Assembly (NCBI GenBank): GCA_964270895.1 | Contig: OZ185438.1 | Reading direction: 5' to 3' (one strand) | From: Podarcis filfolensis | Taxonomy: Eukaryota | Length of the DNA stretch: 64,000 nucleotides | In this document: piece by piece, positions 34,851-45,100 of the stretch | How positions within the stretch are numbered: position 1 is the stretch's first letter | Layout: each line of letters starts with the position of its first letter | Notes under the pieces: generated by a model | What the model was told of the DNA's origin: nothing | The model's database searches: none | The model's input: only the letters and a program-made list of their open reading frames with translations | Translations under genes and position numbers: made by a program

Positions 34851-34856
34851 AATAAA
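34851..34856 (+). terminator. Candidate MPZL1 polyadenylation signal AATAAA
   Basis: About 740 nt after the stop, followed by a GT/T-rich stretch; more distal sites cannot be excluded. Confidence 0.5.
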
Positions 34857-35295
34857 AGTGGTATTCAGTTTTGTCTTTGAAGAAAATAGGGTAGTGAAGT
34901 GGTGCTGAATGAACTTAGTCTGATCCTAATATGGCTTTCTAGAATACCCTTACATTGGGCTGCTTTTAGTAAGGCTTATTGGGATGTAGCTGTTGCAGAA
35001 AGAAAGTTAGAATTTACAAGTTACCTCTTACTGTTTTATCTAATTCCATGGAGGGGAGTGCTTCATGGAAGCCATATATGATAGAATAGGCCAGTAGTAC
35101 ACTTCCTGTTTCAAGAGGTGAGGGCCAAGATTCTATTGTTACTCATTCTCAGACTGCAGATTTACCTTCAAACAGAAAGGACTGTGGATTTCTCTACTGT
35201 GGGGTTAGCTCTTCTCTGTTGCTGCTCTATTATTCTTGTAAGGGCACACAACCTCCAAATCACCTGCTGTTCTGTCCTCCCTTCCTGCCTCAAAC

Positions 35296-35393
35296 CATTG
35301 TTTCAGACAGGCTGTCTGGTTCTCTTCCTCCTCCTCCTCCTCTTCATTGTTTCAGACAGGCTGTCCGGTTCTCTTCCTCCTCCTCCTCCTCTT
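35296..35393. repeat. 49-bp tandem duplication (2 copies, 1 mismatch) ending in (CCT)n
   Basis: cattgtttcagacaggctgtc(t/c)ggttctcttcctcctcctcctcctctt twice. Confidence 0.92.
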
Positions 35394-36857
35394 CCCAAGG
35401 CCCTTGCATGTTTATCTGTGCAGTGGAGTTTTCTTAAAAGTATAAGAAAGTGTGAATGGTAGCAGATGAAACTTTATGATTGACCCAAAGGCTGGCCAGT
35501 CAGCACTCTGCAGAGCCAAACAAGCAGGCTTTCCCTAAAGCTTGGGCCAAGAGGAGGGGACATTGTACTTTTGCCCAAATGTGGTGAGTGCATTTCCACA
35601 GCAGGATCACTGCTAAAATGAGGTATGCCTGTATGAGCATTAATCCCTTGTTCCTTAATGGATTCTTTTTCCAAAATAGAAAAATTAGAAGGCTTCAATT
35701 ACCGACTTTTCTGTGCTAAGGCCATCTTTACTGCTGTCTCCTGTGATCTCAGTAGACTTAGGCTGCAGTCCTAAATATACTTACTAGGAAAGTAAGTTCC
35801 CTTGAACTTGGTGGCACTTGAGTCTAAGAAAACCTGGACAGGGCTGAAGTGCTGGTGTTCACTGAAGCTTTATTGGAGTTTTTCTCCTTTCTAAACAGTG
35901 AAATTATGCCATTGTACACATGCACCCATTCATCATAGATGCCTTGGGTACTGCTTGTCTTATTTTCTTTTACCGTAAATGAAATTGGCAATGCCATTAT
36001 TAGTCTCACCTTCCCCTACTGGTTTTTGCATGCAGTACATCATTTACTGGGGCTGGCAGGTTTCCTGCAGGCATTTCATTGGCCACTGTGAGATCAGGAT
36101 GTTGGGCTACATGGGCCGCTGGCCTGACCCAGTAGGCTCATCGTCTTATGCACAACTGCACATATTCATCCTAGAATTGCACCCCGCCCCCTACAAAACA
36201 AAAACGTTGCAGGAGTGTAGATGAATGAGCAACTTGTGAAGATTTGTCTTGAACAGTGAGAGACAAAAGTTAATGAAAAGTGACACTTAATGCTAATCTG
36301 AATACACCCACGTGCCATTTAGAGGTTGATTAGTTTTCTGAGGCTGCTCTTTTAATGCTCATTTAGTGTCACTGTTGAAAGGAGCCTGTTGAATTCCTTT
36401 TGACTTTTCAATCTTTATTCAGTTGGGGAGTGAGGGTGGGACTGAAAAAAACTTCAGGTGTTTTTTAAATTTTCTCCAGTACTGCACTGGTCTCCTTGCC
36501 CTCTTCAGAACAGGGGTTGGCAGAAGGTAGATTGACAGATTGCAGTCCCATGGTGGTCTGCAAACTCCTGGTTGACCACCTAGCACCTGGTGGGTTACTG
36601 GGATGTTTTGTGTGCACAAAGAATGTTGGACTAGGTGGATTGTGGTCTGATGGAGAACATCTTACGCTGTTAAACAGGAGGATCACATAATGCAGATAAG
36701 CTATGCCTTAACGGTTAAGACACCCTGAATATGCATTCTTGCTTTATTAATGTAAAACACATCAGTGGATCATAAGGGTTCCAGCTAAAAACAAATGTAG
36801 ACCACACAAGGTAGAATTTGGGCCACTCTGCTTTGCAGCTACCTCTTGTGGTGTATA

Positions 36858-37224
36858 CTGTCCCCTGAGCTTGCGGGGCAGGCAGCGGGGAGAAGCGCTC
36901 TTCTCCCCGCCGCCCGCCTGCAGAACAGGTCTGGGGACAGCGGGAAGACGCGCTGCGCCTCCCAGCTGTCCCCGGAGCTTGCAGGGCAGGCAGCGGGGAG
37001 AAGCGCTCTTCTCCCCGCCGCCCGCCTTCAGATCAGGTCCGGGGACAGCGGGAAGACGCGCTGCGCCTCCCAGCTGTCCCTGGAGCTTGCGGGGCTGGCG
37101 GCGGGGTCTCCCCTCTCACTCTGCAGGCTTCAGCGAAAGCCTGCATTCGCCCTATAGGACGCACACACATTTCCCCTTCATTTTTGGAGGGGAAAAAGTG
37201 CGTCCTATAGAGCGAAAAATACGG
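36858..37224. mobile_element. Tc2-like DNA transposon remnant (right TIR ...aaaatacgg|ta) carrying a CpG-rich 108-bp tandem array
   Basis: Units start at 36858, 36966 and 37074; cctatag...gcg subterminal motifs; right TIR type as at 11050; left TIR not seen. Confidence 0.7.
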
Positions 37225-37230
37225 TAGTCA

Positions 37231-38686
37231 TGAAACTGCTTCTTTAAAAAAAGCTCTTTAGACCCGGCCAATATGGCCAACTATCGCCCAGCTTCAAATC
37301 TTCCATTCTCGGGCAAGGTGACTGAGTGGGTGGCTGCTGAACAACTCCAGGCATGCCTGGAAGGATGCGGGCCATTTGGATCCCTTCCAGTTGGGATTCA
37401 GGCCTCATCATGGGACTGAAACTGCCTTGGTCACGCTGGTTGATGATCTCCGGTGTGCTAGGGACAAGGGTAAAAGCTGTTTCCTAGTTCTGCTGGATCT
37501 CTCAGCGGCCTTTGATACCATCAACCATAACATGCTTCTGGACCGTCTAGAGGAGCTGGGGGCACTGTTATACAGTGGTTCTGCTCCTTCCTTCTGGACC
37601 ATGTCCAGAAAGTGATGTTGAGGGATGAGTGTTCAGACCCCTGGGCTCTCACTTGTGGGGTGCCTCAGGGTTCCGTCCTCTCCCCTATGCTTTTTAACAT
37701 CTATATGAAGGGCTGGGAGAAATCATCAGGGGGTTTGGGCTGAAAGTTGATCAGTATGCGGATGATACCCAGCTCTACCTCTCTTTTAAATCAGAACCAG
37801 TGAAGGCGGTGAAGGGCCTGTGGGACTGTCTTGAGGTGGTTAGAGGATGGATGGCGGCTAACAAATTGAGGTTGAATCCTAACAAGACAGAAGTACTGTT
37901 TTGGGGGGACAGGGCAGGCAGGTGTGGAGGACTCCCTGGTGCTAAATGGGGTAACTGTGCCCCTGAAGGACAAGGTGTGCAGCCTGGGAGTCATTTTGGA
38001 CTCACAGCTGTCCATGGAGTCATAGGTCAAATCCGTATCCAGGGCAGCTGTCTACCAGCTCCATCTGGTATGCAGGCTGAGACCCTACCTGTCCACAGTC
38101 TCGCCAGAGTGGTGCATGCTGTAGTTATTTCTCACTTGGACTACTGCAATGCGCTCTATGTGGGGCTTACCTTTGAAGGTGACCCGGAAACTACAGCTAA
38201 TCCATTATGCAGCAGCTAAACTGGTGACTGGGAGTGGTTGCCAAGAGCATATAACACCAGTCCTGAAAGACCTACACTGGCTCCCAGTACATTTCTGAGC
38301 ACAATTCAAAGTGTTGGTGCTGACCTTTAAAGCCCTAAACGGCCTTGGCCCAGTATTTTTGAAGGAGCATCTCCACCCCCATCATTCAGCCCGGACACTG
38401 AGGTCCAGCGCTGAGGACGTTCTAGCAGTTCCCTCCCTGTGAGAAGTGAGGTTACAGGGAACCATGCAGAGGGCCTTCTTGGCAGTGGCACCCGCCCTGT
38501 GGAACACCCTCCCATCAGATGTCAAAGAAATAAACAACTACCTGACTTTTAGAAGACATCTGAAGGCAGCCCTGTTTAGGGAAGTTGTTAATGTTTGATG
38601 TTTTATCGTGTATTTAATATTCTGTTGGAAGACGCCTAGAGTGGCTGGGGAGGCCCAGCCAGATGGGTAGGGTATAAGTAATAAAT
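37231..38686 (+). mobile_element. L2 LINE, ~1.45-kb 3' portion with disrupted RT domain
   Basis: LDP...NYRP, DPFQLGFRPHHGTETAL, LLDLSAAFDTINH, GVPQGSVLSP, QYADDTQLY, LDYCNALYVGL and RAF..APALWN motifs; multiple frameshifts and stops. Confidence 0.95.
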
Positions 38687-41118
38687 GAGGAATGCCAGAA
38701 AAAAAGAACTTAATGGAAAGACTTGCTTCAATTATAACGAGAAACTAAACACTACTCTGCATACTTTGATCTGATGCAAACTACAGCGACTTGTGAATGC
38801 TTGCAGCCAAATGAGCTGTGTAGGAGAAAACAATTTATTATTCAATGTTTTCAGAATATTATAGAACTTAACGTAATCTTTTAATTCTAGCACCTTATTA
38901 CTAGAAAAGCAAGTCACTATTTTTTCTTTCTTCTTTCATCTTTGCCTGATACTCTTGACACTTTGCTTCATCAGCAATTGGAGCTGGCAGCATGATGACC
39001 TTTTTGTGTGTGACATGAACCTGTTTTTCAGCATTTTGAAAGGAGTCTGAATATGGTTTATAGTGCAGGAGAGAATTTGGGTTTGTTGTCCTCTCATTTG
39101 TTGCTCCTCTTCTGAGTTTAGTGGCAGACAACTTGGCAAGCACAAGAACCCTAAAGGGGCTACATTTCCCCCGACAGAAGTTACGTGGCTTGAACAGTAA
39201 AATTGGAACAAGTGTGACTTTTCCTAGTAGCTGTTCAAGCTGAAAACCTCTATTCATGAGAAATTGTGGCATCTTGAGGATTTACATCCTTTAACATGCC
39301 TGAAGTATGATCCATGTTATAATCTTATTTGTAAATAGTGTATTTTCTAACTTAAAAGTGTGGTCTAACCCTGTTAAAAACCAGTTTGCCATCAATATTA
39401 GTGGAGGTGCAGTGCCCTTTTTTTAGAGAGAGAGAGACAAGGCAAGTAGAGGCTAGTGTTGCTACTAGGTTTTGACTCCTTAACAACTGTACCCCTCATG
39501 TTTCATCTCAGTAGAATATTGTTCAATAGAAGTTCTTCATGGCAGATAACCATGTTTGAATAGGTAGGGTGCTTTTATCCCAGTAGGGTTTGGGGAAGAT
39601 CGTTCAGACTGTAGGAGTTCTATCTTATTTGTTCATGAAGCTTTGTCTCTTGCTAGAGTGCTTTGTGGGTCTGCAGTATCAACATTTCAGTGTGAATAGG
39701 GAAACTATAAAAAGTTTTGTCTTAATTATTTGAAGTAGTTGAGGTGATCATCTGTCTTGTAACTTGCTCTGTATTCACAAAACTCCAAAGGCTTTCCTTT
39801 TTGTGTACAGTCAGTTGTTCTGGTGAAGTGAGCAGGTGTTCAGTCATCAACAGATGAGCCTTGAAGTCTGTCTGTCAAGTCTCATTCAGAGTTTTACCTT
39901 ATTCTTGTATCGACCAAGCCTTTTAAAACCACATTTTTCTATTTGTGTGTGATGGGTAGAAGTTTCATCCCCCCTTACTAAAACTGTTTCCTAGTTAAAA
40001 TCTAGGAGACGCCTCAGTGAAAGGGCAATTTTCCTATGGTGCTCAATTTAGATGCCCTTTTCTGTGAAAGGCAATCAAGATCTAACAAAGGACTCCCACT
40101 TGTGAAACTTAGCTCCCCAACCCTTGGACCTTCTTATCAAGATCTCCTTTGGCTCTATACAACTCCACAGAATGCAGCTACTGAGCCCTTTTCTACCTTG
40201 TTTCTGCACTTTTAAAAAACTGGAATTGCATTTTGTATTAAGTTGTTGTACAGTCTCCTTTCCTTCTTTCCCTATGTTCTCAAATGCAGCTGCTGCACAG
40301 GCAGTTGGCTACCTTCTGGAAAGCACCACTATGAGGGCACCACACTATGATGCTGCTAGATTGGTGGGGTGGGGCAAAAGGGGTAAACACCTATAAAATA
40401 GGTGTATAATTTTGGGCAAGGGATTGTTCTACAAGGTCTCTGTAAAGTTAAAGCAGGAACTAGTGGTAACATACTTGTTTTGACTTGCTTCTAAGTTGGA
40501 CACACATCACATTGGATATTTACATGTTTTCTATTGTACTCTTGTGAATATTTTAATACACTTTTTCCATTAGTGGTCTGTTGCGTGTTTCATAATTTGT
40601 CAAGCATGAGATATTGAATTGCCTTTGCCTTTCACATACTTCTGCTACAAAGCCAAGATTCAGCTTTGACTGCAAGTGCTCAATCTAGCACAGTGCATAG
40701 TGCTCAGTATAGGAGAATATGCTTCAGGAGTAGCCCCTGACTACACTCATGCTCTTCCATTAACCTAGCCATTACTAGTGATGGGCAAACTGACCCCATC
40801 CAAATTCACAATTTGCTTGCTAACTTACAAAACGAACATTATAAATTTGGTCAAAACATCTGTTACAAGATTTCCAAGTGTTTTCACATTTAAACTTACA
40901 GTAATATAGCATGGTCTGTGTATTATTATTTTTTAAAGTACCTTTTTAAAATTGGAGTTAAAGGCTAGTTTTGTGTACACCCCCTGGAAACAAAGCTACA
41001 TAGTCATGTACCACCATTTCCAGGATGCTTTTCAGCCCCATATATTAAAGCACGTGGTAGGAGCCACATTTTCTAGCCTCACAGGAAAGCTTTTACATTT
41101 GAGGAAGTTTTTACAAAT

Positions 41119-41305
41119 CAGCTTCTCTCAACCATGGGTCCCAAAACTCATAATCCCTGACCACTGGTCCTGCTAGTCTGGGATGGATTTGGACTCAAAG
41201 GTTGAGAAAGATGTTGCTGGACTGCAACTCTTATCCTTGACTATGTTGGCTGGGGTTGTTGGCAACTGGGATCCAACATCTGGAGGCCACTGCATTGCTT
41301 ACCCT
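41119..41305. mobile_element. Two adjacent degenerate palindromic MITE copies
   Basis: cagcttctctcaacc...gttgagaaag followed by gatgttgctggactgcaactc...ccaacatctggagg. Confidence 0.5.
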
Positions 41306-41959
41306 AATTTAGCTGGTCGTTAACTAACTTTTGAAGGACTAGAGTACAAGTTGTCTTCTTCAACCTTTTTAGGACTGCAACCCACAGTGAGGCCAAACTG
41401 CTTTGGGATCCACAACTTTTTATCCTACGCTTAGGTAGGTGTGGTGCTGCTGTGACATACCTTAGATTACTGTGACCCAGCAGTGGGCATTTAATAATGG
41501 TTAGGATCCCGTCCCCCCGAGCAGTACAGAACTTAGTATAGCTCAGCACTGATTATACTTCAGAAAACTGACCACTGCTCCAACCGTTCTGCCATCTGAA
41601 GATACTGATTTTAATCTAAAATGTTTACCTTCTGTATTTCAGGCGGAGGGATCACACAAAGCATATTATGAATTTAAGTATTTTTCCATCTTCAACATCT
41701 TAGTCATGACTTAACTGTGGCATGAAAAATGTAAATCAAGTTGGTCCAGTAGCACCTTCATGCACAAGGTAGTTCCTCTTGCCAAAAAGATGTGTGTGCC
41801 CAAGTATCACCAAACCTACCCCCAACAGCTGCAACTCCATACACTGCATCAAATGCTACCGAAAGGGCAGTTTTGGAGGAAGGGGTATTCTGCAACCACA
41901 ACCACTGCTCACAGCCCTTAAGATCAGGAAAAACCTACTAACGTTACGTAGCTTAAGGT

Positions 41960-41985
41960 TTTATTGTTTAGTAGAAGGTTTTATT
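41960..41985 (-). terminator. Two tandem AATAAA signals for MPC2 (41960-41965 and 41980-41985)
   Basis: TTTATT twice on plus, each in the context aaggttttatt, about 155-180 nt downstream of the MPC2 stop. Confidence 0.65.
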
Positions 41986-42138
41986 TCCATGTAAAGAGAC
42001 TGCTTTCTAAACTTATAGAAAAAAACATGCTCTACCAACTTTAGTAAAAATTCACACAGGGCAAAATGAACAAGATTAAATCTAGGTCCCTTGGGAAGTT
42101 GCTTTGCAGATGAGATCTGAGGAGCTGAGCTTGAATTT

Positions 42139-42178
42139 CTACTTCTCCAGTTCTTTGGCTTTTAGGTCTTGGTTATAC
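42139..42178 (-). CDS. MPC2: MPC2 last coding exon (YNQDLKAKELEK*)
   Basis: Minus strand ttttctgacag|G TAT AAC CAA...AAG TAG. Confidence 0.93.
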
Positions 42179-45100
42179 CTGTCAGAAAAAGAATAGCCAA
42201 TTATGGTTACAATTCAAGGTTTAGGTTACATATTTTAGCTTTCCCAGACACGATCTGGGTGCATGTGCTTCCAAGGAGGGGTTGCTCTTTGCCAAGGTTA
42301 GGATATCATATACTACTATTGACTGTGGCAGAGGAGGGGGCAGTGACAGAAGCAGCTTTTCCCTCCTCCCCTTACATGTTTTCTGATCATTGTTGACTTT
42401 TTTGGGGGGGGGGGTATATTTCAAGGAAGCGTTTGCTCTGTTTACAACCAGACACAAAGTGAGGGAGCACTTACTGTTGCAAGGTAGGATATCTGCTTTT
42501 GAAACCCTGTCTCTTTTACAACTTCACAAATATTTGTCAGCCACCTTTTAAGATGTAAATCCCCTTTAAGCACTATTTGAAAAGTAACTTAATTATTCTA
42601 TGTTAAAACTTGGGAGAAGGCATATAGGTAATCTTTGGAAATATTACAGCTGATCTGCACTGGTTTTTAAAAGTGCCTGCAGTGCAACTCAAGGTGTTTG
42701 TTCATTTGGCATGGACCGAGTCTCCTCTACCCAAGGACTCCACTCAATCAAGTAAAGATACAAAAAATGCTCCTGCTTAACTGTTTTGGTGTCACCTAGA
42801 AGCTAGAGGAACAATCACTGTGTGTCTGGAGCAGTCAGGGGCACTTACCTGGCCACCCTGCACTGGCAACACTGTGGTTTTTGGGAAAGGGAGAAAGGAT
42901 AAGGAAGGCATTTGGCATTCACACTGTTCCAACCTCCCCACCGCTACACCTTTTCTCTTCCCCTCCCAGTAATCTTCAGTGATGCTGGTGCCAGGAGGCC
43001 AAGTAAGCATTGCTGCCCATCCTCACCAAACATTTTTGCTGTGTACACAAACTAGTCTTTCTAGAATGCTGAACCCTTAAGAATAGAAAATAAACTTAGG
43101 TAGGTTTATTCTAAATGCTACTAGGAAGCTTTAGATTAGGACATATTTAAACTAGCTACAACTGATGCTTATTCTTTATACCTAACACTTTGCTATAGGA
43201 TGGCTTCTGCCTTTACAACTGTTGCAGTTCCAATACTCAAGACAGAATATAGACTAGCACAACACCTGATGCAAATGGACTGCTATACCCAATTGTGATC
43301 TATTTTACCAGGATATTAAGTATAACCACTGGTGATTTGGATCAGTGAGGGATAATGCTTAAGAAGCTTCTACATCCACTCTACAACTATGTTTTGGCAG
43401 GAGGGCCAGGGCAACAGTTGCATGGCTTCAAAACAGTTTCTCAAACTGTAGAGGCTTGGGAGGGGAGTCAGAGGGCTATCATGTTATATCTTACTGAGGC
43501 AGTCAGGGCTAAGGATCTGACAGTGTGGGATTTGCCACAATTCCTAAAGGGAGGAGAGGGTTGCCAGCGCCCAACTTCATATAGGATAGTTACTGCAGAT
43601 GCTGAAATGGAGCAGGAAGCAGGTGGAAGAAGAAGAATAGTGCAGAAGGATTTAAGAGCCTGGCAAGGATAGGCGGGGGGATTTCCACTGCACAAGCCAA
43701 ATAAAGCCTGGATATTGATAAATACAATGGTTTAGACTGGGGACTGAGAAGTCTCACAGGGAAAGGTGTGGGAACAAGCCTCTTGGTTGCCATGCCTTGA
43801 GTAGCATGGCAGCAAATGAAGTTTCTCCGTCATCACTCCCCATGACAGAACATTGGATGTTTCATGTACTGTTAAAGCAAATGAGTCATGCCAGGAAAAA
43901 GGTTGAGAAGCCCTAAAGTGAAAAAAGCGGCTCAGCCAGTCTGAAGAACAGATCCTAGAATAGGCTACAACGTAAAGTCTTCTGACCTACTTGCCATACC
44001 TACCTCCATATACGGTATAGCTGAGAACCTCCAGCACAGCCAACAAAGAAGTTAACTGTAAAGAGACCCCAGTTTTTAGGAATAATAACTAGAGAATATC
44101 TTGACCAGATAAGACCTGTTGGATCACAAAGAAAGCAAAAGTTTAATATCAAGTAGATTTATTAGTACCAAAGGTCAACAATGATTGTAGTATCAGATGT
44201 TCAGATTTGGAGCAAAGTTTTATCTAAACATGATAGAAAACTTCATGCTTATGCCATTCAAGTTGAGTGTTCTCAGTTATTTATGAGCCAATTATCTCTC
44301 CCCCCCCCCCACACTTTTGGAATGGAAGATGGCAGCACTAGGAACTGGCATCCCAATCCATAATGTGTTACATGGAAGCAATAACTGGTTCTTTCCTCCA
44401 CAACTTCTATTATCAGCTGATGATTTTTTTAACATTTAATTAAAAAATATTTAACAGCAAAGTGAGAATAAACATACCTGTGGCCGTTAGCACAGCAGAT
44501 TGTGATGTGCTGAGTTTATCTGCTGGTCTGGTCATATCAGCCATTCCAGCACATACCAAGCCCTATAAAAGGAAGTAGCAGCCAGCTTTAGTGCAGTATT
44601 ATAGCAGTGTGTCTTCATTAATTAGAACCTAGTCAATGGGAGTTATGGGGTGTTGGGGAGCAGTAGCACCTCTGGTGAGGAAGACATTGTGCTCATTCTG
44701 GGGTAGTTTGTTCATCTCTGGTCCCCACTCTGCACTTGACTCTCACTTGTGGCTCCTAGAAGCTATCAGCATGCAACAGTAGCCACACCCTAGGAATGGC
44801 TTCAAATGGCTGGCTAAACCAGGTGAAGGTAACCAATGAGTCTCAAACCCTCAGTGTGTTAGGAACTTCCCCTGCATGCAAAGCCAGGCTCTGGTAGATT
44901 GAGCGAATGAGACCAATAGTGGGTCCAACGGTCAAGAAGGTAGATTTTGCATGTACTGGAGCAGGAAGTGAGAGGGCAGATGGGGCTTGTCAGTCTGGGA
45001 AGGCAGCCCATCTAGGAGAAGGAAAACTCAGATCCTATACCTCTGCTGCTTTGTGGGAGATCTTTGCGAGAAGAAAAGGTTAAGCAGTAAACCCTACACA

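Noticed and set aside
38901-39272. 123-aa minus-strand ORF as a possible ADCY10 remnant or novel gene
   Set aside because: No resemblance to ADCY10 or any family I recognise, and no clear splice signals. A few ORFs of this length are expected by chance in six frames of 64 kb.
42843-42853. ACTTACCTGGC resembling the U1 snRNA 5' end
   Set aside because: The following sequence does not match U1. It is the reverse complement of a consensus donor, treated under the microexon finding.
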